64,000 nt of DNA, taken from assembly GCA_031082315.1 (NCBI GenBank), contig JAVHLC010000011.1, positions 35,117 through 99,116 of the forward strand. Direction: 5' to 3'. Every line of letters starts with the position of its first letter. The first letter of the stretch is position 1. The DNA comes from Thermodesulfobacteriota bacterium (GTDB lineage Bacteria; Desulfobacterota; QYQD01). The position numbers were made by a program, and so were the translations under genes. Under the pieces are notes generated by a model. It made no database searches, was not told the origin of the DNA, and worked only from the letters and a program-made list of their open reading frames with translations. Shown here piece by piece: positions 18,990-28,215 of the stretch.

Positions 18990-20085
18990 GGGGACGTCCA
19001 TAAATAAATAAATTGACACCAGATTAATATAATGCTATTTAACCGTTCATGCCAAGATTAGCCCGCCTGGATGCGCCCGGCGTATTACATCATGTTATTA
19101 TCCGAGGAATAGAGCGTCGAAACATATTTAAAGATAATAAAGATCGCGATAATTTTCTGGGGCGACTGGCTATCCTCCTGCCTGAAACCCAAACGGCCTG
19201 TTACGCATGGGCACTGTTGCCTAACCATGCCCATTTCCTGTTTCAAACCGGTAAGGTAGGTCTCTCCACTCTAATGCGAAGACTGCTTACCGGATATGCA
19301 GTCAGCTTTAACCGCAGGTACAATCGGCACGGGCAGCTTTTCCAAAACCGCTACAAATCGATTATCTGCCAGGAAGACGTTTACTTACAGGAATTGGTTC
19401 GCTATATACATTTAAATCCATTAAGGGCAGGGTTGGTTTCTGAACTGGGTGATCTTAACAAATATAAATACTGTGGACATAGCGTGTTGATGGGCAAGGT
19501 TAGGCGCCCATGGCAGGATACAAAATATGTACTGTCCTATTTTGGCAAGAATATTGGTGAGGCGAGAAGGAGTTACCTTTCCTATATAGAAGAAGCTCGG
19601 GATCAAGGCCGTCGGCCGGAACTGATGAGCGGGGGATTAATTCGAAGTCTTGGTGGGTGGGCAGAGGTAAAAAAGAGGCGGTTAAGAGGCCGGGATCGTG
19701 TTAAGGGAGATCAGCGCATATTGGGGGAGACCGATTTTGTAATGGAGATACTGGCGGAAGCTGATGAAAAGTATAATCGTTATTATGAACTGAAAAGCCT
19801 GGGATACGATTTAAAGACCGTGGAACGAAAAGTTAGTGAGATATACCGGATAGGACCGGAGGATATCTATAACAAAGGCCGGCAAAAGACGCGGGTAGAA
19901 GCCAGGAGTTTGTTTTGTTATTGGGCGGTGCGGGAACTAGGCTATGGGTTGACGGATTTGGCCAGACGTCTTGGTATGACCCAGCCAGCCGTGGGATATG
20001 CTGTAAGCCGGGGAGAGCGTATAGCCAAACAAAATAACCATCATCTGATTAAATGACTATTATTTACTTATTTATGGACGTCCCC
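18990..20085 (+). mobile_element. IS200-like / REP-associated tyrosine transposase (RAYT) element with 24-bp terminal inverted repeats
   Basis: The left end GGGGACGTCCATAAATAAATAAAT (18990-19013) and the reverse complement of the right end GGGGACGTCCATAAATAAGTAAAT (20062-20085) match at 23 of 24 positions. They enclose a single transposase gene. Confidence 0.7.
19049..20056 (+). CDS. Y1 (HuH) tyrosine transposase, IS200/RAYT family, with a C-terminal DnaA-C-like HTH extension
   Basis: 335 aa. Carries an HuH motif (PNHAHFLF) and the conserved Y-region. The C-terminal ~90 aa is HTH-like. Confidence 0.7.
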   Translation: MPRLARLDAPGVLHHVIIRGIERRNIFKDNKDRDNFLGRLAILLPETQTACYAWALLPNHAHFLFQTGKVGLSTLMRRLLTGYAVSFNRRYNRHGQLFQNRYKSIICQEDVYLQELVRYIHLNPLRAGLVSELGDLNKYKYCGHSVLMGKVRRPWQDTKYVLSYFGKNIGEARRSYLSYIEEARDQGRRPELMSGGLIRSLGGWAEVKKRRLRGRDRVKGDQRILGETDFVMEILAEADEKYNRYYELKSLGYDLKTVERKVSEIYRIGPEDIYNKGRQKTRVEARSLFCYWAVRELGYGLTDLARRLGMTQPAVGYAVSRGERIAKQNNHHLIK

Positions 20086-20231
20086 AAAAGGCTTTCACGG
20101 GTCAGAAAATTGCAATAGTCAGCATTGATAATTATGCTTACCTCGTTCCTTATATACAGGAAAGCGAAGAGATATTTTTAAAAACCATTATTCCCAGCCG
20201 AAAAGCTACAAAGAAATATGTGAGGTCATAA
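20086..20231 (+). pseudogene. brnT: 3' remnant of a BrnT/DUF497-family toxin gene, truncated at the IS right end
   Basis: The frame is open from the IR boundary and encodes ...GQKIAIVSIDNYAYLVPYIQESEEIFLKTIIPSRKATKKYVRS*. SARKATKKE is the DUF497 C-terminal hallmark. The stop lies 2 nt before the brnA ATG. No N-terminal part is found upstream of the IS. Confidence 0.5.
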
Positions 20232-20233
20232 AA

Positions 20234-20542
20234 ATGAAAAAGACGATCTTAGACGCTGAAGAGAAAGATATTTTAGAATCATATGAACGTGGAGAATGGC
20301 GGACTGTAAAAAATCAAAAGCAGGAAATAATAAAACTCCGTGAATATGCAAAGAATACACTTCAAAAAGATAAGAGAATAAATATCCGGATGTCATCCAA
20401 GGATCTGGATCAGGTACAGGTCATTGCTGCTCAAGAGGGCATTCCTTACCAAACACTCATATCCAGCATTATACATAAATACGTATCCGGCTATTTAACA
20501 GAGAAAAAGAGGACAAGGAAATTGGGGACAGTCATAAAATAA
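20234..20542 (+). CDS. brnA: BrnA-like antitoxin (ribbon-helix-helix/CopG-like)
   Basis: 102 aa. ...RINIRMSSKDLDQVQVIAAQEGIPYQTLISSIIHKYV matches the BrnA pattern (GxPYQT). Confidence 0.6.
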   Translation: MKKTILDAEEKDILESYERGEWRTVKNQKQEIIKLREYAKNTLQKDKRINIRMSSKDLDQVQVIAAQEGIPYQTLISSIIHKYVSGYLTEKKRTRKLGTVIK

Positions 20543-20682
20543 TGCAATTCTCTACGTGCTTGATTGAGAAGATCATATCACTTTAGTCTTTTGCGGACCC
20601 TGGGATTTTTAAATCTCTATCCCGATCGGGCCTCTATAATCACGCTTGACGTTATTCACGAGATGCGTTATTATGTGACGAC

Positions 20683-20961
20683 ATGATCAGATCATTCAAG
20701 TGTGAATACACCGAAGCGCTCTCAAAAGGCCGGCGTGTCAGGCAGTTTGTGAATATCGCTAAGGTGGCGCGGCGTAAGCTTAGACAGATCGAGATCGCCG
20801 GTCAACTTGATGATCTGAGGGTGCCACCCGGCAATCACCTTGAAGCACTCAAGGGTGATCGTTCCGGTCAATACAGCATTCGTATCAACGATCAGTGGCG
20901 TGTCTGCTTTCGTTGGACGGATGCAGGTGCAGAAAATGTGGAAATCGTCGATTACCACTAA
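20683..20961 (+). CDS. higB: HigB-type toxin (RelE/ParE superfamily)
   Basis: 92 aa. DDLRVPPGNHLEALKGDRSGQYSIRINDQWRVCFRW...VEIVDYH is a near-consensus HigB. A TTGACG-N17-TATTAT promoter lies upstream. Confidence 0.8.
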   Translation: MIRSFKCEYTEALSKGRRVRQFVNIAKVARRKLRQIEIAGQLDDLRVPPGNHLEALKGDRSGQYSIRINDQWRVCFRWTDAGAENVEIVDYH

Positions 20962-20973
20962 GGAGAATCCATT

Positions 20974-21306
20974 ATGAGCAAGCTCGAACCTATTACTCCC
21001 GGCGAGATCCTCTTGGAAGAATTTCTAAAACCTATGGGTCTTAGCCAGTACCGTTTAGCCAAGGAAATTGGCGTTCCCGCTCAGCGTATCAGTGAGATTG
21101 TCAAAGGTAAGCGTGCGATCACAGCTGATACTGATTTACGGTTGTGTCGGTTCTTTGGTCTATCCAACGGCTATTGGTTGCGCGCTCAGGCTGCCCACGA
21201 CACGGAGGTTGCAGAACGCACTCTTGGCCCATCGCTAAAGAAGATCAAGCCTTGGTCTGCGTATGCGACCCAGCCAAAGCTGTTGAAGCATGTCACACGT
21301 CCTTAA
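20974..21306 (+). CDS. higA: HigA antitoxin (XRE-family HTH)
   Basis: 110 aa. The HTH segment reads LSQYRLAKEIGVPAQRISEIVKGKRAI. It lies immediately downstream of higB. Confidence 0.8.
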   Translation: MSKLEPITPGEILLEEFLKPMGLSQYRLAKEIGVPAQRISEIVKGKRAITADTDLRLCRFFGLSNGYWLRAQAAHDTEVAERTLGPSLKKIKPWSAYATQPKLLKHVTRP

Positions 21307-21443
21307 GAATAAATGGAAAAGTAGCAATCCAAAAAGAAGACCCCACCGATAACATCTTCCTGACCCGGCCTTCTAACTGATTCATATACTTAGGCGACAT
21401 CCCTATATTGGCAAAGGTCAAGAAAGTCTTATTATCGAGACCG

Positions 21444-23135
21444 CTACTTCTGCGCCTTTTCTACCTTGGCCCAGGAATCACGTAAGGGCACGGTGCGGTT
21501 GAATACGAGTTTTTCATGAGAAGAGTCGGGGTCCACACAGAAATAGCCCTGCCGCTCGAACTGGTATCGACTGCCCGGTGCGGCATTGGCCAGGCTCGGC
21601 TCCACCCGGCATGACGTTAACGTCTCCAATGAATCAGGATTGAGATAGGTTTTAAAATCAGCCCCATCCTTATCCTCGCCTGGGGTTGCCTTTACAAAGA
21701 GATGGTCATATAAGCGCACCTCGGCCTCCAGCGCGTGGGCAGCCGAGACCCAGTGCAGCGTGGCCTTGACCTTGCGCCCGTCCGGAGAGTCCCCGCCCCG
21801 CGTCTCTGGGTCGTAGGTGCAGTGCAGTTCCACGACTTCTCCGGTCTGTTCATCTTTAACCACCCCCACACAGGTGATAAAGTACGCGTAACGCAACCGC
21901 ACCTCCCGGCCCGGGGCCAGACGGTAGAATTTTTTGGGTGGGTCTTCACGAAAGTCCTCTTGTTCAATATACAGCACGCGTGAAAAAGGGACCCTGCGTG
22001 ATCCCATGCCGGGATCCTCCGGGTTGTTCACGGCCTCCAGTTCTTCCACCCGGCCTTCCGGGTAGTTGTCAATGACCACCCGGAGTGGCCGCAATACCCC
22101 CATGACCCGCGGGGCGCGTTTGTTTAAATCTTCGCGGAGGCAGTGTTCGAGCAGGGCCATATCAACTATGCTATCCCTCTTGGCTACCCCGATGCGTTCA
22201 CAAAAGTCTTGGATGGACTCGGGCGTATAGCCGCGTCTCCGCAAGCCCGCCAGTGTAGGCATCCGAGGATCGTCCCAGCCGGTGACATAGCCCCCTTCCA
22301 CCAATTGCACGAGCTTTCGCTTACTGAGCACGGTGTAGCTGAGATTAAGGCGGGCAAACTCGATCTGCTGCGGGTGATGGACGCCTGATTGATCGAGGAA
22401 CCAGTCATAGAGCGGCCGATGGTCTTCAAATTCCAGAGTACAGATGGAATGGGTGATCCCCTCGATGGAATCCGAAAAACAGTGGGCAAAGTCGTACATC
22501 GGATAAATGCGCCACTTATCGCCGGTCCGGTGGTGTGCGGCCCGTAGAATACGGTACATGACCGGGTCCCGCATGTTTAAGTTGCCGGAGGCCATGTCGA
22601 TTTTGGCCCGAAGAACCCGGGAGCCGTCCTCGAATTCACCGGCCCGCATGCGCTCAAATAAATCCAGGTTTTCTTCGACCGGACGTGTTCGATACGGGCT
22701 GTCCTTGCCGGGCGCAGTCAAAGTACCCCGGTACTCCCGGATATCCTCTGGGCTCAGGTCGCAGACATACGCCTTGCCGGCCGTAATTAACTGCACGGCG
22801 TATCGGTAGAGTTGTTCAAAATAGTCTGAGGCGTAGAACAGCCGGTCACCCCAATCAAACCCCAGCCACCGGACGTCTGCCTTGATCGATTCTACGTATT
22901 CAACTTCCTCCTTGGTGGGATTGGTGTCATCGAAGCGCAGATTGCAAAGACCTTTGTATTCGGCGGCCAGACCGAAATTGAGGCAGATAGACTTAGCGTG
23001 TCCGATGTGCAGATAGCCGTTCGGCTCCGGCGGGAACCGGGTGTGGACCCGGCCCTGGTTCTTGTTGGCCTTCAGGTCTTCTTCGATGATATTACGGATA
23101 AAGTTGGATGTAGGCTTGGCATCAATAGTGGTCAT
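21444..23135 (-). CDS. glnS: Glutaminyl-tRNA synthetase
   Basis: 563 aa. Has HIGH (YLHIGHAKS) and MSK-type motifs, and a GlnRS-like anticodon-binding C-terminus. Confidence 0.8.
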   Translation of the reverse strand: MTTIDAKPTSNFIRNIIEEDLKANKNQGRVHTRFPPEPNGYLHIGHAKSICLNFGLAAEYKGLCNLRFDDTNPTKEEVEYVESIKADVRWLGFDWGDRLFYASDYFEQLYRYAVQLITAGKAYVCDLSPEDIREYRGTLTAPGKDSPYRTRPVEENLDLFERMRAGEFEDGSRVLRAKIDMASGNLNMRDPVMYRILRAAHHRTGDKWRIYPMYDFAHCFSDSIEGITHSICTLEFEDHRPLYDWFLDQSGVHHPQQIEFARLNLSYTVLSKRKLVQLVEGGYVTGWDDPRMPTLAGLRRRGYTPESIQDFCERIGVAKRDSIVDMALLEHCLREDLNKRAPRVMGVLRPLRVVIDNYPEGRVEELEAVNNPEDPGMGSRRVPFSRVLYIEQEDFREDPPKKFYRLAPGREVRLRYAYFITCVGVVKDEQTGEVVELHCTYDPETRGGDSPDGRKVKATLHWVSAAHALEAEVRLYDHLFVKATPGEDKDGADFKTYLNPDSLETLTSCRVEPSLANAAPGSRYQFERQGYFCVDPDSSHEKLVFNRTVPLRDSWAKVEKAQK

Positions 23136-23435
23136 GTTTACAGGTCCCTTCTATAAAAAACACAGCATTTCGAGATTGATTCCGGTTCTCGAGATGCGTT
23201 GTGCGCGGTCGGTATGATCTCTATATCCTAATTTTTTGGTTATTTCAATTGATTCAATAACCGGTAAAGAGAAAGGGAAGGGTATAGGTTTCAAAAGCTT
23301 GACACAGGTACTGGCCAGGATTAATTTAATAACAAATGAGTGATGGGTTAGAATGAAATAGCTCATCGCATATTATAAAGAAATACTTAGGGCCAATCTC
23401 TCGAAATTTTTTATCATAAAAAGGGGGTATACGAT

Positions 23436-24368
23436 ATGGGTATTCGCGAAAAACTTGGGTTAAGCAGTGACGAGCCATTGAGCATTAATTGGGACATCAC
23501 CCCGGCGGATACCTTCGGCATTTTCGAAAGCTGGGGCGGCAAGATACACGTCCGCAGCAACAAGGAACGGTACTACTATTTTTACATCGACGGCTGGAAA
23601 ACGCCTCCACAGCTTCTTCTGATGGAGCGCGGGGTGAAGCATGCCCGGATCCTGGCCCGGATCGACGCCCCCCAGGACATGGTCGACGCCTGCGTGGCCA
23701 GTCAGGGCAGAGGCGAAACCGACCGGAGTTATGCCATTGACGACGCCTTGCGAAGCTGGCTGCAGGCCAATGTCATTGAGGCCCACGATGCGTCAAAGGT
23801 GATCCCTCTGGAGAGCGAATTGGTGGAGGAGACACTGGAAACAGGCCTTCCGGGAAAAGACGAACCGCAGCCTGCAATCGAGCCGGTAACGCTGCGGTCT
23901 GAACCGGCCGTTATCAGCGAAGATGAGGTGCCGGACATCATACGCCGGAACGGGTTCTACGACAGCCACCACAATACGTCCGGGGGGTTTGCCAATCACC
24001 TCGTCGACAACGGCGACGGCCTCACGGTGACGGATTTGAAGACCGGCATCCAGTGGCAACGGGGCGGATGCGATATCGCCGCCATGCCCAGCATCCGGAG
24101 ATATGTGGCGGAATTGAATGGGCGGAATTTCGCCCGGTTCAATGACTGGCGGCTGCCGACCATGGAAGAGGCTTTATCGCTTATGGAGCCCGCGCCGAGC
24201 GGAAACGGTCTCCATCTGCATCCCTGTTTCTCCAAGTTGCAGCCTTTCATCATTCTGGCCGATCAGCGCAAACTGGGCGGCTACTGGTTCGTCGACTATA
24301 AGCAGGCCACCGTCTTCTGGGGGTCGGGCATACGGGGCGCCTTTGGCCGGGTCTGCCGGAGCCTGTAG
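23436..24368 (+). CDS. Hypothetical protein with a C-terminal DUF1566 (Lcl-C-like) domain
   Basis: 310 aa. The C-terminal ...NDWRLPTMEEALSL... matches the DUF1566 W-[RK]-LPT-x-EL signature. Confidence 0.5.
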   Translation: MGIREKLGLSSDEPLSINWDITPADTFGIFESWGGKIHVRSNKERYYYFYIDGWKTPPQLLLMERGVKHARILARIDAPQDMVDACVASQGRGETDRSYAIDDALRSWLQANVIEAHDASKVIPLESELVEETLETGLPGKDEPQPAIEPVTLRSEPAVISEDEVPDIIRRNGFYDSHHNTSGGFANHLVDNGDGLTVTDLKTGIQWQRGGCDIAAMPSIRRYVAELNGRNFARFNDWRLPTMEEALSLMEPAPSGNGLHLHPCFSKLQPFIILADQRKLGGYWFVDYKQATVFWGSGIRGAFGRVCRSL

Positions 24369-24382
24369 CCTGTTTAGGGCTA

Positions 24383-24460
24383 CCCCCGGTCATTTTTGTT
24401 TTTACCTGTATATTCAGCGCATACTTTCTGGTACAAATCTGGTCCAATACGAAAAAGCCA
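24383..24460 (+). pseudogene. 3'-terminal fragment of a BASS-family transporter gene, a paralog of the gene at 33941..34894
   Basis: About 78 nt at 24383-24460 align to 34785-34862 at roughly 80% identity. They encode VIFVFTCIFSAYFLVQIWSNTKKP against VVFVFICIFTASFLVQIWSNTKKP in the intact gene. The A2 repeat follows directly. Confidence 0.6.
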
Positions 24461-24463
24461 GGC

Positions 24464-24551
24464 TGAACATGCATAGCGAGCGAATACGATGCATTTTACC
24501 TTGCATACGGAGATTCCCCGTCCGCCCCAGGTGGACTGTGGGGAGCTTCAA
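24464..24551. repeat. A-family hairpin repeat, copy A2 (short form)
   Basis: Has the ctgaacatgcatagcgagcgaatacgatgcattttaccttgcatacggagattcccc-gtccgccccaggtggactgtgggg-agcttcaa core. Confidence 0.8.
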
Positions 24552-24586
24552 TTAGTACCGTCCCGCCTCTGACCACGAAAAATAGA

Positions 24587-24728
24587 CTTCTGGATTTTAT
24601 GCTATCGGCTTATCTAGTTGATATTTAAGGATAGTACCTTTTATTGTACTGTTTGCCAAATTGTAGTATCATCGCTTTTATATGCGAGTTTTGATGAAAA
24701 AAGTCGAGTCGATATAATATATAATGTT
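24587..24728 (+). repeat. C module copy 1: a ~140-bp duplicated AT-rich promoter-like segment
   Basis: About 88% identical to 45261..45400. Contains TTGATG-N16-TATAAT directly upstream of an RBS and the start of the protease gene. Confidence 0.75.
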
Positions 24729-24751
24729 CGGCCGGAAAGGAGATTCAGACG

Positions 24752-25471
24752 ATGGAATGGTCCCAGGCATTGGATGAGGTTCGCAAGTTCACATTCAAGA
24801 TCATTACCCCGCAAGGCTCCGGGACTGGATTCCTCATCACCCTTCGCGAACAAGGGGTCTGCGGTGTCGCCACGGCATACCACGTGATTGAACACGCCTT
24901 CTCGTGGGAGGAACCAATCAAACTGCTTCACACCTTCACAAACAGGACGATCCTCCTCCGAGTACCTGATCGGTATATCCTCCCAAATCCCACAAACGAC
25001 GCTGCGATCGTCATGTTCATGAAGGGCGATCTTGACGTCGACGGCAACCTGCTGACCCTCGCACCGGAAGACAAGTACCTTCGGCCAGGCAATGAAATAG
25101 CTTGGGCGGGCTACCCCGCAATCGCCCCTGACGAGTTTTCATTCTTCAACGGTCACGTCAGTTGTTACCTGAACTCGGCCAATGCCTATCTTGTTGATGG
25201 CGTAGCCATCAATGGTGTAAGCGGCGGGCCGACATTCACAATGATCGACAGCCAAGTTTATGTGATCGGAATTGTATCTGCCTACATTCCCAACAGGATC
25301 ACCGGCGAGAGCCTGCCGGGGGTGTGCTTCGTGACGGCCGTTAAGCCCTTCCACGAGTTCATGAAGGACATCGCCTCTCTTGAGCAGGCAAAAACGAAAG
25401 CAGAGATTGCCGAACCAAGCACTGCAAGCGACATGGTACCCGCGACTGCGCCGCGTGTCCCACGCGCCTGA
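24752..25471 (+). CDS. Trypsin-like (chymotrypsin-fold, S1) serine protease
   Basis: 239 aa. Has an N-terminal glycine loop (GSGTGFLI), a His in AYHVIEHA, an Asp region, and GVSGGP as a GDSGGP-type active-site Ser. Confidence 0.6.
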   Translation: MEWSQALDEVRKFTFKIITPQGSGTGFLITLREQGVCGVATAYHVIEHAFSWEEPIKLLHTFTNRTILLRVPDRYILPNPTNDAAIVMFMKGDLDVDGNLLTLAPEDKYLRPGNEIAWAGYPAIAPDEFSFFNGHVSCYLNSANAYLVDGVAINGVSGGPTFTMIDSQVYVIGIVSAYIPNRITGESLPGVCFVTAVKPFHEFMKDIASLEQAKTKAEIAEPSTASDMVPATAPRVPRA

Positions 25472-25503
25472 GTGCCGTCGTTGGGCTGCTGAGAGAGTCG
25501 AAC

Positions 25504-26385
25504 ATGAACACCATTGCCAAGCCACCCGTTTCTGGAGTCGTCCTCGGAATCGATGTAGGCTTTTCTGCGAAATCGGCGACGACGGGTCTTTGTCTGCTGA
25601 GTTGGGACACCAATTCTATGAAGATCTCGTTCGTACGCACACGGACAGGAAGTGTTGACCGGCGCAGGGATATACGTGCACTCGTCGGTAGCGCTCAATT
25701 GCTCGCTGTGGCGATTGACGGTCCCCTCGTTCGTGGCCTTCAGCGCATCTCGCACTATCGCGCAGCAGAGGCTCTTCTTTCTCGGAGTGTTCTCCAGAAG
25801 CGAGGCAAACCTGGTCAAACCAACTCGCCAGTTGGTCAGCAGTTACACGCTCACGCTACCGAACTGGCTGAAATCGTGCTCACTGAATGTGCAGTCGATG
25901 CAGCGGCGCACTACCAGGCGATTCACGAACGTTGTATCGTAGAAGCGTTCCCGAACATGTTCCTCGCCGCTGGCGTCCCTGAGGCAGAGCTTCCGAGTCT
26001 TCGCCGCAATGCATCCGATGCGTATTGGAGAGGTCTTGTGGTTCAGAGCGGGCGGTTACTTCAACTTATGGGCAGTCTCCTTCCTGGACGGAAACCTTCG
26101 TGCGAGCTTTGCACATTCATCAACCATGAAGACCGTGCCGCATTTGTTTGTGCGCTTTCCGCATTGTCAGTCTTATCACAACGGCACGTGGCTGTCGGCG
26201 ACCCATACGATGGCGATATTATCCTGCCACCACGGATTTGGTGGGGCAAAGCGTCAATTGGTACCAACCCGTGGATGGAAGTTGTCCTTCGCGACAACTT
26301 GGCTTCAGTCCGTCGTAGCAGGAATGGCAGTAAGCATCATGGCGACGCGCGCGTGGTTCTGCATGCCGGCGAATGGCAGCTGTAG
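25504..26385 (+). CDS. Hypothetical protein, possibly DUF429-like (RNase H-like fold)
   Basis: 293 aa. The N-terminal VLGIDVGFSAKSATTGLCLL resembles the DUF429 / RNase-H-like GIDxxW N-terminus. Co-oriented with the protease, 32 nt downstream. Confidence 0.35.
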   Translation: MNTIAKPPVSGVVLGIDVGFSAKSATTGLCLLSWDTNSMKISFVRTRTGSVDRRRDIRALVGSAQLLAVAIDGPLVRGLQRISHYRAAEALLSRSVLQKRGKPGQTNSPVGQQLHAHATELAEIVLTECAVDAAAHYQAIHERCIVEAFPNMFLAAGVPEAELPSLRRNASDAYWRGLVVQSGRLLQLMGSLLPGRKPSCELCTFINHEDRAAFVCALSALSVLSQRHVAVGDPYDGDIILPPRIWWGKASIGTNPWMEVVLRDNLASVRRSRNGSKHHGDARVVLHAGEWQL

Positions 26386-26416
26386 GAGTTACGTGGACTG
26401 GTTGGCCTAAGATATA

Positions 26417-26918
26417 ACGTTCATGCAGAACGTGCTTGACGAATTGTGAATAAGCAGGACATCCGCTTGGGGCGGACGGCAGTTACTCTATCTCCCGAAC
26501 CCCGGGGCTTCGTCATGTTATGCTGACTTGCCCGGATAGTTGGCTTTGTACGCCATTTACTCGCCACGTCCTGTGGCTCGCCCTTCGGGCCAGCAAATCT
26601 GTTCAAAATTGTTTATCCTGACGATTTTGTCTGTTCCCCGGATCAAGTCCGGGGCAGGCTTGACTCATAGCTTTGCAGTCCGGGTTACCGCTCCCTGCGG
26701 TCGCTCTCGCCGTTGGCTCGTGGTCTCCGCTACGCTCTGGACCCTTCAGACGGTCTCTCACGATTCCGCCCTTGCCTTCGGCTAGTACTTCTGCTAACGT
26801 ATCACTAAGTAGGCAGGGTTCACCCTGTTAAATTCCCCCCAGGGAACCCTATTTAACAGGGTAAACGTACAGGGGGGACTTACACCCCATAAGCTCACGC
26901 CCATGCCGGGCGTACACA
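26417..26918 (+). repeat. Large structured ORF-free element, copy 1 (~500 nt); candidate ncRNA or IS200/IS605-derived non-autonomous element
   Basis: About 90% identical to 28216..28694. Starts with the hairpin ACGTTC-atgca-GAACGT and ends with ACGCCC-atgcc-GGGCGT. Contains a perfect 16-bp stem GTTCACCCTGTTAAAT/ATTTAACAGGGTGAAC and many smaller palindromes. Carries an extra 29-nt hairpin insert (ccccggatcaagtccgggg...). Confidence 0.8.
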
Positions 26919-26987
26919 ATTCGTTCAAGAGGGACGCGGCATAAGGCCGCCGCGCCCCTTAGCTTTGGAGTTCGGGCCTAAAAGAAA

Positions 26988-27644
26988 ATGGACTTTTTCG
27001 ATCCTAAGTTAACATTTGATCCGCAGAAACCGTTCTATGGGCTGGTTGTGGCTTACGTTGCTCAGGTACATGGCCTCCTAGATTTGGTAAGCCGAGGGCT
27101 TCGAGAGGAATGGGAAAAGCTTAGAGGTAGACACCAAAACAGTCGGCTGTCCTCACTTGAAATGGAGAAAATGCTCAGTGACGGAATCAGGGAGGGATAC
27201 AGGGATCACATACAAGCGGTACTGCGCTCACAATCGGCACCGATTATCGGTGTCCAAAGGTTGGTCTCACGTTTGCGAGAAGGAGTAAAAGTAGATACAG
27301 TGCGTTTAGCAAATGAAATATTTTCGAAGCATCAATATCCGGTTGAAACCTATAACAAAATGACTGCGGGAGCCTTGCTAATTGTGTCTTGGGAAGTTAC
27401 AAAGTCCGACCATAGCCAAGATCCACTCTGGGAGTTCCACCGTCATTGCAGAAACGCTGCTGCTCATAATGGGAATTTCAACTTCCAGCACGGAGAGCCA
27501 AAACGACCTGCAAAGTGGGGAGCGCTTGAAATCGTACTTACCCTACAAGACACGCCAATTTTCCCAAATTCCTCTGGCAGAGGCTTTATTGGTCCTGGTG
27601 ATGTTTTGTATCTGCTGGCTGACATTGAAGCAAAATTCTATTAA
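26988..27644 (+). CDS. Hypothetical protein with a HEPN-like Rx4H motif (RNAAAH)
   Basis: 218 aa. The C-terminal ...FHRHCRNAAAHNGNF... fits the HEPN R-N-x3-H signature. No other family signature was seen. Confidence 0.4.
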   Translation: MDFFDPKLTFDPQKPFYGLVVAYVAQVHGLLDLVSRGLREEWEKLRGRHQNSRLSSLEMEKMLSDGIREGYRDHIQAVLRSQSAPIIGVQRLVSRLREGVKVDTVRLANEIFSKHQYPVETYNKMTAGALLIVSWEVTKSDHSQDPLWEFHRHCRNAAAHNGNFNFQHGEPKRPAKWGALEIVLTLQDTPIFPNSSGRGFIGPGDVLYLLADIEAKFY

Positions 27645-27877
27645 AGCCCGAACAAATCAATCCAGCCGGGCTGTGCTCTCGCGGAATAAAATCGTTCCCT
27701 CGCGCGCTGATTCGCGCGTCGGGAACAATCCGCTCGAGCAGACAGCCCAAGGGCCGCAGCTCAGATGGGCCGTTGGCTGAGAGGGAAAAAGATGGAACAG
27801 TATATCGGTTTGCTGATTTTCCTTGGACTTCTGGTCAGTTGCACATCCCCCGTGAACAAAAGGCGATCGGAGAAAGC

Positions 27878-28204
27878 AAGATGAACGTACTTCAGATTCG
27901 TTGGCAACGTCTCGTGGACGAACGGGGCCAAACATGTGATCGCTGTGGCGCAACCGAAACAGCGATAGAGGATGGGTTCCAAAAGCTAAGGCGTTCCCTG
28001 AAGGAACTGGACATAGACGTCGTTCTCGAGAAAACAGCTCTCAATCCTTCTACGTTTTCCAAGGATCCGCTCCAGTCAAATCGTATCTGGATTGCCGGAA
28101 AGCCGATCGAGCAGTGGCTCTCGGCCACCACTGGCCAGAGCCGATGTTGCTCCACATGCGGAGATTCGGAATGCAGAACTGTCACGGTTGATGGCAATAC
28201 CTAA
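27878..28204 (+). CDS. DUF2703-like small Cys-rich protein (start moved to the internal Met)
   Basis: MNVLQIRWQRLVDERGQTCDRCGATE...CCSTCGDSECRTVTVDGNT shows the paired CxxC pattern recalled for DUF2703. A GGAGA RBS precedes the Met at 27878. The listed ORF begins at 27773. Confidence 0.45.
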   Translation, partial: KMNVLQIRWQRLVDERGQTCDRCGATETAIEDGFQKLRRSLKELDIDVVLEKTALNPSTFSKDPLQSNRIWIAGKPIEQWLSATTGQSRCCSTCGDSECRTVTVDGNT

Positions 28205-28215
28205 GGACTGGCGGG

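Noticed and set aside
24118-24555. 145-aa plus-strand ORF
   Set aside because: It runs antisense through the end of the DUF1566 gene, then through the BASS-remnant and the A2 repeat. It is a read-through artefact.
26421-26606. Conserved 61-aa minus-strand ORFs inside both copies of the large structured element (also 28220..28405), and the plus-strand 81/85-aa ORFs
   Set aside because: About 10 of 61 residues differ between copies and nearly all nucleotide differences are non-synonymous. The plus-strand ORFs lose their frame at the indel. This is consistent with non-coding sequence.
26417-26918. Whether the 500-nt element is a tmRNA, RNase P RNA, SRP RNA, 6S RNA or a group II intron
   Set aside because: No tRNA-like T-loop/CCA end or tag reading frame. 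No RNase P P4 GGAAAGTCCGG-type motif. It is too long for SRP or 6S RNA. No group II domain V consensus or GUGYG 5' end.
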